Positions 53,522 to 64,000 of a stretch of 64,000 bases of DNA are shown here, piece after piece; position 1 is the stretch's first letter; each line of letters begins with the position of its first letter. Source of the DNA: Rebecca billardiae RCC1528 (lineage: Eukaryota > Protista > Haptophyta); the NCBI GenBank assembly GCA_965240325.2, contig OZ251225.1, positions 3,782,001-3,846,000 on the forward strand. Direction: 5' to 3'. Below the pieces are notes generated by a model, which made no database searches, had not been told where the DNA came from, and saw only the letters and a program-made list of their open reading frames with translations. Both the position numbers and the translations under genes were made by a program.

Positions 53522-54607
53522 TCAGCCAGAAGCATCGTCCTCGTTGCTGTCATCCGTATCTCCGTACGCGCCGAGAGCTGCCAAGCCCGGCGCCGCCGCG
53601 ACTGGCTTGGAAGTCCCCGCGCCGTCCGCGACGGCCGCGCCCCCTTCGGACTGTGGCGCTGCGCGCGCGTCAGTCGCCGCGCCGGCAGCCGGCACTGCGG
53701 CGGCAACGAGTCCGGCGCTCGCCGCTCCCGGCGCGGCCTTTGGCTTGGGCTGCACGGCGAACGCTGGCTTGAGCGTCGCGCCCGCGCGCGGCAGCGGCTT
53801 GGCGTTCGGCGCGCCGCCGAGCGCCGCCGACGAGCCGCCGCCGCCGCCGTCTCGGCGCGGTGGCTCGGGCGGCTCGAGCCTCGGCGCGCCGGGCAGCCGC
53901 AGTGAGCCGAGCACGTCGTCGTCGTCGTCGTCGTCGCTGGGCGCGCGCGCGCGCTTGGCGCGGGCAAAGGCCTTGCGCACGGCCTCCTCGTCCTCGTCGT
54001 CGAGCGGGGCCGCCCCGCTCTGCTCCGCCGCCTCGGCCGCCTGCCGCGCCTTCTCGCGCTCCGCCGCCTCGTCCGCGCGCTTCTTGGCGATCAGCGCGTC
54101 AAGGTTGGCGCTGTTGTTGCGCGCGTTCATCGTGCGCAGCTCGTCGAGCGTGTCGAGGATGTCCATCTCGAGCTTCGAGTCCTTGGTGCGGTTCTCGAGC
54201 CGCTTCATCGCGTCCGACCCGTCCTCCTCCGCGCGCTGCGCGTGCGCCGCCTCCACCTCCGCCTCGCGGTCTCGCCACGGCTCATAGTTGCGGTGCGCGC
54301 CCGCCTCGACCACATAGTCCTCGTTCTGAGGGTCGGTCTTGATGCAGAACTCGGCGCGGCAGTTGGTGCAGTTCATGTAGAAGCGGATGATCCGGATGCC
54401 CAGGTAGTCCTCGCCCTCCACGTTCTCGCGCCGCGAGTTGAACTTGCGCCCCTTGTACATGTACTCGCCGCACGCCTTGCAGCGCACCGACATGGGCAGC
54501 ATCATGCGCACGACATACTGGTCGTTCTTCGCGCGCTTCTTGCGCGGGATCTTCTCCGGGTCGTAGTCCGGCCCGAAGTACTTGTTCAGCACCTTGCGCT
54601 CGCCCAT
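53522..54607 (-). CDS. YJU2: Splicing factor YJU2 (CCDC94/Cwc16)
   Basis: MGERKVLNKY..DYDP..VRMMLPMSVRCKACGEYMYKGRKFN..YLGIRIIRFYMNCTNC..KTDPQNEDYVVEAGAHRN; LENRTKDSKLEMDILDTLDELR. Confidence 0.95.
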   Translation of the reverse strand: MGERKVLNKYFGPDYDPEKIPRKKRAKNDQYVVRMMLPMSVRCKACGEYMYKGRKFNSRRENVEGEDYLGIRIIRFYMNCTNCRAEFCIKTDPQNEDYVVEAGAHRNYEPWRDREAEVEAAHAQRAEEDGSDAMKRLENRTKDSKLEMDILDTLDELRTMNARNNSANLDALIAKKRADEAAEREKARQAAEAAEQSGAAPLDDEDEEAVRKAFARAKRARAPSDDDDDDDVLGSLRLPGAPRLEPPEPPRRDGGGGGSSAALGGAPNAKPLPRAGATLKPAFAVQPKPKAAPGAASAGLVAAAVPAAGAATDARAAPQSEGGAAVADGAGTSKPVAAAPGLAALGAYGDTDDSNEDDASG

Positions 54608-54814
54608 GGCGCCCGGGCGCTCGGCGGCGCGCGCGCCACGCGAGCAGGCGGACGCGAGCTCGCGCGCCTTCCACCCCTTCCCGCCTTGGCCGAGGACGCC
54701 GGGGACAGGTCAACGATGGCTGCCCGAGATTGAGATCTCGGCCTTCATTAGTCCCGCGCGCATCCCGGCCAAAGAGGCCGTCGCCGTCGTCGACGACGCG
54801 TTCATCACCCAAGG

Positions 54815-56734
54815 ATGCTGTGGCTGCCGCTCCTCATCGCGTCGGCGTCACGTGTGGCGCGCGTGCCGTCGGTGCCGGCCGCACGCGTCGCCTCCCCTCG
54901 GGCGATGGCGGCGCACATGTCCTCCGCCGCGCCGCCCACGCACGAGGCGGACGTGATGGTCGTGGGCGCCGGGCCGGCGGGCACCATCCTGGTGCGCGCT
55001 CGCCCCGCGCGCGAGGACACGCTGCTAGCCCACCCGCGCGCGCGCTGATAGCAGCACTCCCGCCCTACGCGCCGCACCATCCCCCTTGCCTCGCCGCGCC
55101 CTCCCGCCCGGCTGCAGGCGTGGCAGCTCGCTGAGAAGCACAAGCTGAGCGTTGTCCTCGCGGACGCGGGCGTGGACAAGCCGTGGCCCAACAACTACGG
55201 CGTGTGGATCCACGAGTGGGAGGGTGCGCGCGCGCGCCGGCGCTCTCCCCTACCACCGCGCGCCTCGCCCCGCCCGACTCACGCCCGCGCCACCCGCGCC
55301 GCGCGCGTGCGCAGCCCTGGAGCACACGCTGAGCCTGGGGCTGGGCGAGTGCCTCGACTACACGTGGACGTACACCGACGCGTTCCTCGGCGGCGAGGGG
55401 AGCAGCGGCGTGCCCGAGGACTACAAGCTGCGCATCAACAAGGTGCGCGCGCGCGCGCGCGCGCGTGCCGCCGCTGGCGCCGCGCCGCCCATCCCACCGC
55501 GCCGCGCCGAGCCGAGCCGCGCGCCCGCGCGCGCCGCTCGCCCGCGCGCCTGCCGCGCCCGCAGCCGTACGCGCGCGTGAACCGCAAGAAGCTCAAGGAG
55601 CGCGCGATGGCCGGCTGCGAGCGCGGCGGCGTGACGTTCGTGCGCTCAAACGTCGGCAGCGGCGCCCCGGGCTCGCCGCCCATCGCGCACCAGCCCGACG
55701 CCTCCGTCGTGACGTGCGCGGACGGCAGCGTGGTGCGCGCGCGGCTCGTGGTCGACGCGACCGGCTCGGCGTCCACGCTGACGAAGCGCGTGGGCGAGGA
55801 CAACCCGGGGGTGCAGATCGCGTACGGCGTGATGGTCGACGTGGACGACCACCCGTTCGACGAGGACGCGATGCTCTTCATGGACTTCCGCACCAACTGG
55901 CTCGGCGCCGACTCGGTGCGCACGGCCGGCCAGTTTGGGTCCGCGGCCGGGCGCGCGGTCACGCGTGAGAGCGTCGAGGGCGCGCCCACCTTCCTGTACA
56001 CGATGCCGATGGGGGAGGGGGAGGGCGGGAGCCGGCGCGTGTTCTTCGAGGAGACCTCCCTCGTCGCGCGCCCGCCGATGGACTTCGACGAGTGCAGGGC
56101 GCGCCTCGAGCTGCGCCTCGCCCACCTGGGCGTGGGCGTGCGCGCGGTGCTGGAGGAGGAGCTGTGCTACATCCCGATGGGCGGCGCACTGCCGAGCGCG
56201 TACCAGCGCGTGCTCGCGATCGGGGGGGCGGCGGGCACGGTGCACGCCGCGACGGGGTACATGCTGTGCCGCATGCTCGCCTCGTCCGCCTTCGTCGCCG
56301 ACGAGATCAGCCGCTCGCTCGGCCAGGCCGCGGCGGCCGGCGGCGCGTTCGACGCGGACGGCGCGGCCGCGCGCGTGTACGGCGCGCTCTGGCCCAAGGA
56401 GAACCGGCTGCAGCGCGACTTCTGCGTGTTCGGCGGCGAGTACCTGATGCGGCAGAGGGTGCAGGGCCTGCGCGGCTTCTTCGGCGGCTTCTTCGACCTG
56501 CCCGAGGCGCAGTGGACCGGCTTCCTCGCCGGCTGGCCCGGGCTGCCCGGCAACGAGCAGCACGACGTGTGGCACAAGCGGCTGCTGTTTGGCATCGGGC
56601 TGTGGCTGCGCGTGCCGAGCCAGGTGAAGCTCAACCTCGTGCTGGGCGCCGTGCAGCTCGGGGGGCTGCCCTTCTTCCGCTGCGTGCTCCCCGTGCTGCA
56701 GGACACGACGCTCGAGGAGCCCGCCGCGCAGTAG
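54815..56734 (+). CDS. LCYB: Lycopene cyclase (CrtL type, probably beta), plastid-targeted; 3 introns
   Basis: DVMVVGAGPAG, WPNNYGVW, YARVNRKKLK, VVDATG, QIAYG, MDFR, PTFLYTMP, FFEETSLVARP, EEELCYIPMGG, GGAAGTVHAATGY. Introns 54992-55117, 55224-55314, 55443-55564 restore one frame. Confidence 0.92.
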
Positions 56735-57142
56735 CGAGCGCGCGGTGGGCCTGGGGCGGTGGGCCTGGGCGGTGGGCCTGGGGCGCCGCTCGCTGGTTGG
56801 CGCTCGCGCGAACATCTCATTGCATTAGGAAGCACGCAAGCCTGGTCTGGAGAGGTCGGGATCGAGACGACGCACGGGGGTCGACGTCCTCTCCGAGGAT
56901 GTCTGCGTGGCGGGCGACCCCCCTTCACTATCTGCTTGCATGTGCAGCACCCTACGTTGGGCCGCGTGCACGCGGGATTGCACTCCGGGTCCCGGGACGC
57001 GTGCCATCGCTTGCAGTCGGCAAGCAGCGACAAGGAGCCTGGGGTTGCGGGCCACCAAGCTGTCCTAAGGCTCTGAGCAAGTGAGCATACCTGCAGGCGA
57101 CCTGCGAGGCCAACTGCGCCGCCAAAACCGCACCGCCAGCGC

Positions 57143-58561
57143 GTGGATTCCCGGCCTACGGCTCGCTTGAACACGCCGCCGCCTGCCACGCAGCCATCTT
57201 TGGTGGCCGGAGCGGGTGGGCTTTTTAGCGAGCGACCCCCAGCTACCCTTGCCCAGCTGGTCCAAGCTCGCGCCCTTCGGCTTGGTCTGTCGCAGCCGCC
57301 GCCATCGCCACACCCAGCGCTGCGCGCCAGCCGGTGCGCTATGCACAAGCTGGCCAGCATGGTTGATGTGACGAGCCGCATGTGCGATCACACCGGCTGC
57401 ACCACGCGGCCTCACTTCGGCATGCCGAGCGACAAGCGCGCCAGCCGGTGCGCTACGCACAAGCTGGCCGGCATGATCGACCTGAATAGCCGCAAGTGTG
57501 ATCACGCTGGCTGCACCGCGCGGCCTTCGTTCGGCATGCCGGGCGACGCGCGCGCCAGCCGGTGCACTGCGCATAAGCTGGCCGGCATGGTGGACGTGTA
57601 TAGCCGCAAATGTGATCACGCCGGCTGCACCTTGCAGCCTTCGTTCGGCATGCCGGGCGCGCGCGCCACCCGGTGCGCTACGCACAAGCTGGCCGGCATG
57701 GTTGACGTGAAGACCCACAAGTGTGATCACACCGGCTGCACCTCGCGGCCTTCCTTCAGCATGCCGGGCGCGCGCGCCACCCGGTGCGCTACGCACAAGC
57801 TGGCCGGCATGGTCAACGTGGTGAACCGCAAGTGCGATCACACCGGCTGCACCTCGCGGCCTTCCTTCAGCATGCCGGGCGCGCGCGCCACCCGGTGCGC
57901 TACGCACAAGCTGGCCGGCATGGTCAACGTGGTGAACCGCAAGTGCGATCACACCGGCTGCACCACGCGGCCTGCGTTCGGCATGCCGGGCGACGCGCAC
58001 GCTAGCCGGTGCGCTGTGCACAAGCTGGCCGGCATGGTCGACGTGATGAACCGCAAGTGCGATCACACCGGCTGCACCACGCGGCCTTCGTTCGGCATGC
58101 CGGGCGACGCGCGCGCCAGCCGGTGCGCTACGCACAAGCTCGCTGGCATGGTCGACCTGAAGAGCCGCCAGTGTGATCACGCCGGCTGCACCAAGCAGCC
58201 TGCGTTCGGCATGCCGAGCGACGCGCGTCCCAGCCGGTGCGCTGCGCACAAGCTGGCCGGCATGAAGCACCATCGGAGTGGTGCGCACAAGCGCGGGCTG
58301 GAGCAAGACATGGCGAGCACCAAAGAAGTGAGCGCCGCCAAGCGACAGCGGAAGCGCACCAGCAGCACAGCCACTGCCTCGGACGTTGTAGCAGCGCGGC
58401 GGCCGCGATCGCAGCTGCCGCCACTGGTCACAGCCAGCGTCGTAACGACGCCGTCGCATGTACGACCCGTGGTGATGGCCAGGCGGGTACGGCCCGTACG
58501 GGCACGGCCGGTGAGTACGGGCCCGAGCAGCACCGTTCATGGCGATGAGCAAGGACGGTGA
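57143..58561 (+). CDS. EsV-1-7-type cysteine-rich repeat protein (start uncertain)
   Basis: Eight full 37-38-aa repeats plus a partial, pattern RCxxHKLAGMVDVxxRKCDHxGCxxRPSFGMPG; basic AKRQRKR after the array; ORF starts at GTG and the first ATG (57341) is inside repeat 1. Confidence 0.75.
   Translation: MDSRPTARLNTPPPATQPSLVAGAGGLFSERPPATLAQLVQARALRLGLSQPPPSPHPALRASRCAMHKLASMVDVTSRMCDHTGCTTRPHFGMPSDKRASRCATHKLAGMIDLNSRKCDHAGCTARPSFGMPGDARASRCTAHKLAGMVDVYSRKCDHAGCTLQPSFGMPGARATRCATHKLAGMVDVKTHKCDHTGCTSRPSFSMPGARATRCATHKLAGMVNVVNRKCDHTGCTSRPSFSMPGARATRCATHKLAGMVNVVNRKCDHTGCTTRPAFGMPGDAHASRCAVHKLAGMVDVMNRKCDHTGCTTRPSFGMPGDARASRCATHKLAGMVDLKSRQCDHAGCTKQPAFGMPSDARPSRCAAHKLAGMKHHRSGAHKRGLEQDMASTKEVSAAKRQRKRTSSTATASDVVAARRPRSQLPPLVTASVVTTPSHVRPVVMARRVRPVRARPVSTGPSSTVHGDEQGR
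57323..58263 (+). repeat. Coding tandem array of 111/114-bp units
   Basis: ccggtgc..cacaagctggccggcatg..gatcac recurs at 111-114-bp spacing; the central units are nearly identical. Confidence 0.9.
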
Positions 58562-59515
58562 GCGGCCGTTATCAACTCTCACAGACGCAGTGAGCCTGAC
58601 GATGTGAGAATGACACGCGGGACTCGAGCCTGAGTACCGATGCTGGGCCCCGCTCGCTCGCTGTGCGGCCTGGCGCTCCCGGACTGACCCGGGGCCGCCG
58701 GCAGTCTAAGACTGCCGACTCCTAGACTACTAAGCAGCAAGTAGCCGGCAATAACTGCCGCCAACTGCTGGCCGACTCGGCCGGACTTCCCTGTGACACT
58801 CGCGATATATCGCGCAGGCGGGCCGCGCGGGCGCCGCATAGTACTTATTGCGGCAGCTGCGCAGCCTGCACTACCAATATGATGCAGCCATTAACACCGT
58901 AGTGATGACGAGTCAATGAGTCTGAGTCTCAGTCGCCAAGCTGGTCAGCGTGCTGACCGGTATTACTTAACTAGTTTAGTCCCGCCGGCCGCGCTATGCT
59001 GTAATTAACTACTGTCCGATTATAATAATAAGCAGGCAGTAGCGCCGCGGCCGTGAATCCTGGGGCCGAGGGGCAGTGTGGGCCGCGTGCTGCGCTCGGT
59101 CCGACGCACGGCGGCACGGCCACGGTCATTGGTCGTCAAGCGTCCGGACCTCGGCCTCGGGGCGGTCGGGGCCTCCCGGAGTCGCGGAGTCGGCGACCGA
59201 TCTGTCCCGGTCCGACCGGGACCGGCCGGCCGGCGGGCCGGACCGCGCAGTCTTAGACTTAAGTAGTCTCACTGTCTGAAGCTCCGTAGTTAAATATATA
59301 GTAGCTAGTAGCTAGCTACTGACTGGCGGCAGTTGCCCGAGTCGGCCAGTCGCACCGGGCGATTGACGATTAATATATATATATACATATAATTTGATGG
59401 ACGGATTATATTAGGCGGCATCAATATCATTCGTCGCCCCGGATCGTTGATTGAGGAAGGAGTCGATCGGACGCCGATCGACCGACTAGCGGACTGTCCG
59501 ACTACTGCTAGTACT

Positions 59516-59563
59516 ATCTCGCCTGCCTGAGCTGTGTGCGTCTCTTATTCTTAGTAAACTGTA
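59516..59563. repeat. 48-bp dispersed repeat, copy 2
   Basis: Identical to 9951-9998. Confidence 0.9.
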
Positions 59564-59783
59564 AATAACAGTAACCGTACGCGTGGCTCCGGCGGCTTCG
59601 GTAAATCGGTCTCGACCCCCGCCCCTGCCGCCCCAGTCCGCCACTGGCCAGCGTTACACTTCTTCGGACACGCCACACGGCCAAATCGGCGGGATCGCGC
59701 CGCCTCTGCTGGTGATTTACAATACAGTAGCTCCTAGATCACCCAGGTGGTCCCTTGGACGATATTATCGCCAGACTTCATCA

Positions 59784-59993
59784 GGCATCAGCCACTACCT
59801 CCAATAGGTGACTCAGACTCTATATTTTCTATAACTAAATACCCAGCAGTCCGAGAGCCATTTTCGTATATATGTACACAGGTCAATCACCGGAACTCTC
59901 CCGGACTGTGCTGAAATATGAGTAGGGGATGGGTAATTAAACATAGTACAAACAGAGTCTGAGTCACCTATTGGGCGGAGGTGGTCTGATGCC
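59784..59993. mobile_element. MITE-like element (210 bp) with long inverted termini
   Basis: Perfect 21-bp inverted repeat ccaataggtgactcagactct (59801-59821) / agagtctgagtcacctattgg (59954-59974), extended imperfectly to ggcatcag/ctgatgcc; AT-rich non-coding interior; no TSD seen. Confidence 0.6.
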
Positions 59994-60423
59994 GCTAACA
60001 TTTCTACTCGTTGTTAAAGTCATCATGATCATCAATGATCGGGATTCGGGGCAGTCGGAAGTAACGGAAGGCGGACTCTCACTCATCACTCTGCTGCATC
60101 AGCATGATCCGCTTGGTTGACTTCGGCTCGGGGCCAAGACGTAACGGAGCTGGCGGGGGTGGACCGGAGCCGGAGCCACGTAGTACTAATAGTACTGACA
60201 AGGCCCTTGGTACTGAGCAAGTACTGAGTCTGGTCACTGTCAGCCAGGCCCAGGGCAGCCTATGAAGTCTGCCGTCTGGCGAGAGATGAAACGTTTCAGG
60301 CCCGGACTTGCGTCGTCGGAGTTCGCGTCCGGCCGCGCAACGCCCAAGTCAGCCAGGCCCGCGCCCGCGCCCGCGACAGCTAACGCCGCGCGGTGGGCGG
60401 CTGGGCCGAGGCGCCGAGGCGAG

Positions 60424-61989
60424 ATGGCGCAGTCGGTGTACTTCTCGGGATGGGGCGCGGTGTTCTTCGCCACCGTCTTCGCCGCGGCGGCGCTCACATG
60501 GCGGCAGTGCACCAAGTCGAACGACCTCGCACCCGGGCAGGCGGGCGCCAACTCTGACTTCAAGGCGTTCCAGCGCGCGTACCTGATCGTGTACTACCTG
60601 GCGATGCTGGCGGACTGGCTGCAGGGGCCGTACGTGTACGCGCTGTACGAGTCGTACGGCTTCTCCTCGCACGACATCGCCGTGCTCTTCGTCGGCGGCT
60701 TCGGCTCGTCCATGCTGTTTGGCACGTTTGCGGGCGCGGCCGCCGACCGCGTCGGCCGCAAGGCGTGCGGCATGCTGTACGTCGTGCTGTACGTCGCGTC
60801 GTGCATGACGAAGCACTTCAAGGACTACTCGTGGCTCATGCTCGGGCGCGTCCTCGGCGGCATCGCCACCTCGCTCCTCTTCTCCACCTTCGAGTCGTGG
60901 CTGGTGTGCGAGCACAACGCGCGCGGGTACGACGCGTCCTGGATCTCGCGCACCTTCTCGCTCGCCTACTTCGGCAACTCGGTCGCGGCGATCGTGGCGG
61001 GGATCATGGCGGAGGCGGCGGCGGAGCTCAAGCCGCTCACCCCCCTCGCGCCCTCCGCCGGCCCGCCCTCCCTCCTCCACTACGGCGGCTTCACCGCGCC
61101 GTTTGACCTCTCGATGGGCGTGCTGCTCGTGCTGGGCGTGGCGCTCGGCTGCCTGTGGAACGAGAACTACGGCTCGACGTCGAGCAGCGCGGCGTCGGCG
61201 TCGGACGAGCTGTGGAAGGCGCTGCGCGCGCTCTCGCGCGACAAGGCGATCCTCCTCCTCGGCACCGCCATCTCCCTCTTCGAGGGCTCGATGTACGTGT
61301 TTGTGTTCAAGTGGACGCCCACGCTCACGCCCGGCTCCGACAAGCCGCCGTACGGTCTCATCTTCTCCACCTTCATGGTGTGCGCGATGTGCGGCTCGTC
61401 GCTGTTCGGCATCCTCGCGAGCAGCAGCGTGCGGCCGGAGAAGATCCTGCAGGTCGTCTTCGTCGCCGCCGCGGTCGCGCTCGCGCTGCCCGCCGTCTCT
61501 TCCTCGGTGGGGCTCAACTTGTGCTGCTTCCTCGTCTTCGAGGCGTGCGTCGGTGAGGCGCGCGCGCGAGAGCGAGCGAGCGAGAGGGAGAGAGAGGCGC
61601 GCGCGCGCGCGGCGAGTGCTCACGCGCGCCTCCCTTCCCTCCGCCGCGCCCGTCCCCGCGCCGCTCTTCCCCCGCCCGCTTCCCGCCCTTCCCCCGCAGG
61701 GATCTACTTCCCGGCGATGGGCATGCTCAAGTCGCAGCTGGTGCCGGAGGAGGTGCGCGCGACCGTGTACAACATCTTCCGCGTGCCGCTCAACCTGATC
61801 GTGCTCGGCGTGCTGCTCAACTCGCTCTCGCAGTTCCAGGCGTTCGCGGCGTGCGGCACGATGCTCGCGCTCGCCGCAGTGTGCCTGCTGCAGCTGAGCA
61901 AGATGCACACGCACGGGTACACCGTCCGCTCGGGTGAGCGCGTGTTGCTGGCGAGCGCGGAGGACAAAGCGGAGACCTGCCAGCTATAG
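60424..61989 (+). CDS. MFSD5: Molybdate-anion transporter MOT2/MFSD5 family; 1 intron
   Basis: FQRAYLIVYYLAMLADWLQGPYVYALY, GRVLGGIATSLLFSTFESW, WNENYG, FEGSMYVFVFKWTP, FE.CVG|IYFP, RATVYNIFRVPLN; in-frame intron 61553-61699. Confidence 0.92.
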   Translation: MAQSVYFSGWGAVFFATVFAAAALTWRQCTKSNDLAPGQAGANSDFKAFQRAYLIVYYLAMLADWLQGPYVYALYESYGFSSHDIAVLFVGGFGSSMLFGTFAGAAADRVGRKACGMLYVVLYVASCMTKHFKDYSWLMLGRVLGGIATSLLFSTFESWLVCEHNARGYDASWISRTFSLAYFGNSVAAIVAGIMAEAAAELKPLTPLAPSAGPPSLLHYGGFTAPFDLSMGVLLVLGVALGCLWNENYGSTSSSAASASDELWKALRALSRDKAILLLGTAISLFEGSMYVFVFKWTPTLTPGSDKPPYGLIFSTFMVCAMCGSSLFGILASSSVRPEKILQVVFVAAAVALALPAVSSSVGLNLCCFLVFEACVGEARARERASEREREARARAASAHARLPSLRRARPRAALPPPASRPSPAGIYFPAMGMLKSQLVPEEVRATVYNIFRVPLNLIVLGVLLNSLSQFQAFAACGTMLALAAVCLLQLSKMHTHGYTVRSGERVLLASAEDKAETCQL

Positions 61990-62984
61990 AGAGAGGCAGC
62001 GCCGGGGCCGGCGCTCTCGCGCTCGCTCACGCTCGGGCGCGCACGGCGTGCACGGCTGCGCGCCGCCGTCTGAGACACGCGGGTCGCCCCGCGCGCTCCT
62101 GCGCGCGCGTGGCACCGCAGGCAGCGCTGACCATGAGCCACCCATGGGCGCGCACTCCGGCCGCCGCTTCGAGCCGACGCAGATGCTCGACGCGACCGAG
62201 GAGGGCTAGCCGCCGACGCCGTGAGACGACCCACAGGCCATGGGCCACGCCCGGCCGGAGCGCGCGGCCGGCCGTCGGCCACCACACGGCGGCACTCTAG
62301 TCCGTCTTCGACGGACGGTGTGGCGAGAGCGCGCGTCGTCATCAGCGCGCGTCGTGCCGCGCGCGCGCGAGCCAGCCGGTTGATGGGCCAGGCTGGAAGT
62401 GGAACACCCCGCCAGCGAGCCAGCGCAGCGCACTGTACTTGTAGCCAGTCAGCGCGAGGCTGCGTGTGAGGCACCCTGCGGGCCACAGTACGCGGCCCGA
62501 CTCACTACTCACGGGAAGACTCCGAAGAGTGCTCAGTCGTACGGCCCGCGCTGTTAATATGATTATTATAGCGCAGAGAATAGAGTAGTCAGTAACGGTC
62601 CGCGCGGGTCCGGTGGCCGGTCCGCCGGTCCGGCCTCCGGGTCTATATATAGTAGATAGTATATATCCCACGCGAGTAGTACGTGTAGTCAATAACGGCG
62701 CGAGCGGTGACCATCATCAATAATCGATGACGACATCATGGCCAGTAGTATAGCGAGCTGATCAGGAGTCAGGACTAGTAGTAGTAGAACCTTGTCCGGG
62801 ACCACGCCACGCGATTTGGCGACCTCGCGCAGTCGCGCGGCAATGGTGCCAGCTGGCTGGCGGTGCCAAAACGCCGGTCGTGATAATCAAGTAACGGCAT
62901 TCGCCTGGAGCAGCAGCAGCGTGAAGGCCGTGAGGGCGGTGGCGCCGCGCGTGGGCCCACAGGCCGCAGCGCGCTGCAGCGCGC

Positions 62985-64000
62985 TCAGCGTCGGAGCTCG
63001 TCCACCGCGCTGTCTGGGACGATGGTGACGGGCACAATCTTGGGGAGCGAGCCGGTGGGGTGCTCGAGGTGGTCGAGGGAGATCTCGGTCGCGCCCTGCG
63101 GCCCGTAGTGCACGACCATGTCGCGCGTGTGCCCGTGGTACTGCTCGGAGAAGATCTGCATCTGGATCAGCACGCGCCCGTACACCACCTCGTCCGCCGC
63201 GTGGCCCTGGCGTCCCGCGGGCGCGCGCGGCGCGCAGCGGGCGGGGTCAGCGCGCGCGCGGCCGCCTCGGCGAACGCGCGCGCGGCCGCGCTCGGCGGTG
63301 CGCTCGGCGCGCGCGCACCGGCGGCAGGTCGACGGTGAAGATGATCGCGTCGTCGTTGTACAGGAACTGAATGTTGGTCGCCTGCGCCCAGATCTCGTGC
63401 AGGATGTCTGTCTGCGCGCGCTCGCCCGTGCGCACGCCGCGCGTGACCACGGCGCGCGGCGAGAGGAAGGGCTCGCCCTCGGGCGTGTAGCCGCGGATCT
63501 GAGCGTACAGCAGCACGTCCTCGGTGTGCGCCTTGCCCACCACGGTGATGAGCGCGCGCGCGCCCGGCCAGTGGATCTGCTGCGTGGGCACGATGAGCGT
63601 GCTGCTCGCGGCGCCCTCGCCGAACTCGAGCCTCGACCTGTCGTCCATCGGCATCACGCGCACCATCTCGTCCTCGAAGACGAGGATGAGGAACCAGCGG
63701 CCGAGCTTGGCCGAGCCGTTGCCGCTGAACTCGAAGCGCACGTGGTTGTACTGCTCCCAGCTGAAGCCCCTCAGCTGCTCGCGCAGCACGACGCCCTCCT
63801 TCGTGCCGCGCGGGATACCGTCGGGGTACACGGCGAGGCGCTCGGCCGGGTGCCCGTCGTGCGTGATCGTGCGCAGCGCCACGCTCGTCGTCGTGCCGCC
63901 CGACGGCCCCGTCGGCGCGATCACGTACGTGTACGCGAACTCGAGGACGCCAGAGCCAAAGTTGGGCGGCAGCGGCGGCGCGGGCGGCGTGGGCGGCGGG
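62985..64000 (-). CDS. 3' part of a hypothetical protein gene running off the window edge; 1 intron
   Basis: Coding-like complex sequence (FEFSGNGSAKLGRWFLILVFED..); GT-AG intron 63207-63318 joins VDLPP to GHAADEVVYGRVLIQ..ELRRstop. No family recognised. Confidence 0.6.

Noticed and set aside
45637-56734. NRPS neighbours (DnaJ-TPR, YJU2, LCYB) as a biosynthetic gene cluster
   Set aside because: Housekeeping or carotenoid functions with no evident link; no PPTase, transporter or tailoring gene adjacent.
57323-58263. Regularly spaced repeats resembling a CRISPR array
   Set aside because: Units are 111/114 bp, in frame, similar along their whole length with no unique spacers; no cas genes; eukaryotic context.

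Overview
Extremely GC-rich, gene-dense eukaryotic DNA with short GT-AG introns full of (CG)n runs. A lycopene cyclase and several signal+transit-like presequences suggest a secondary-plastid alga; a haptophyte such as Pavlovales is plausible but is inference only. About 20 intact genes are supported: RlmD/TrmA methyltransferase, sulfotransferase, His-motif secreted protein, ATP-grasp-like/kinase fusion, degenerate 4-domain voltage-gated channel, ANKRD13-like, F-box/TLDc, histidine phosphatase, EDRF1-like, hybrid histidine kinase, BtuF-like/DUF5522 fusion, SLC25-like carrier, nucleoside-hydrolase/WD40/multi-TM fusion, DnaJ-TPR, NRPS-like synthetase, YJU2, LCYB, EsV-1-7-type repeat protein, MFSD5/MOT2 and a partial gene at the right edge. 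The standout is an intronless 1802-aa membrane-bound NRPS with epsilon-poly-L-lysine-synthetase (Pls)-type architecture whose A domain has Gly in place of the alpha-amino-binding Asp, a candidate algal synthetase for an unusual homopolymer. Also found by reading: a 1.5-kb decayed DNA transposon with TIRs and a TACCCTA flanking repeat, two identical 136-bp dispersed repeats, a MITE-like hairpin and two pseudogenes. Most long ORFs in the track are antisense or off-frame GC artefacts. All family calls come from motif recognition by eye; no searches were run.
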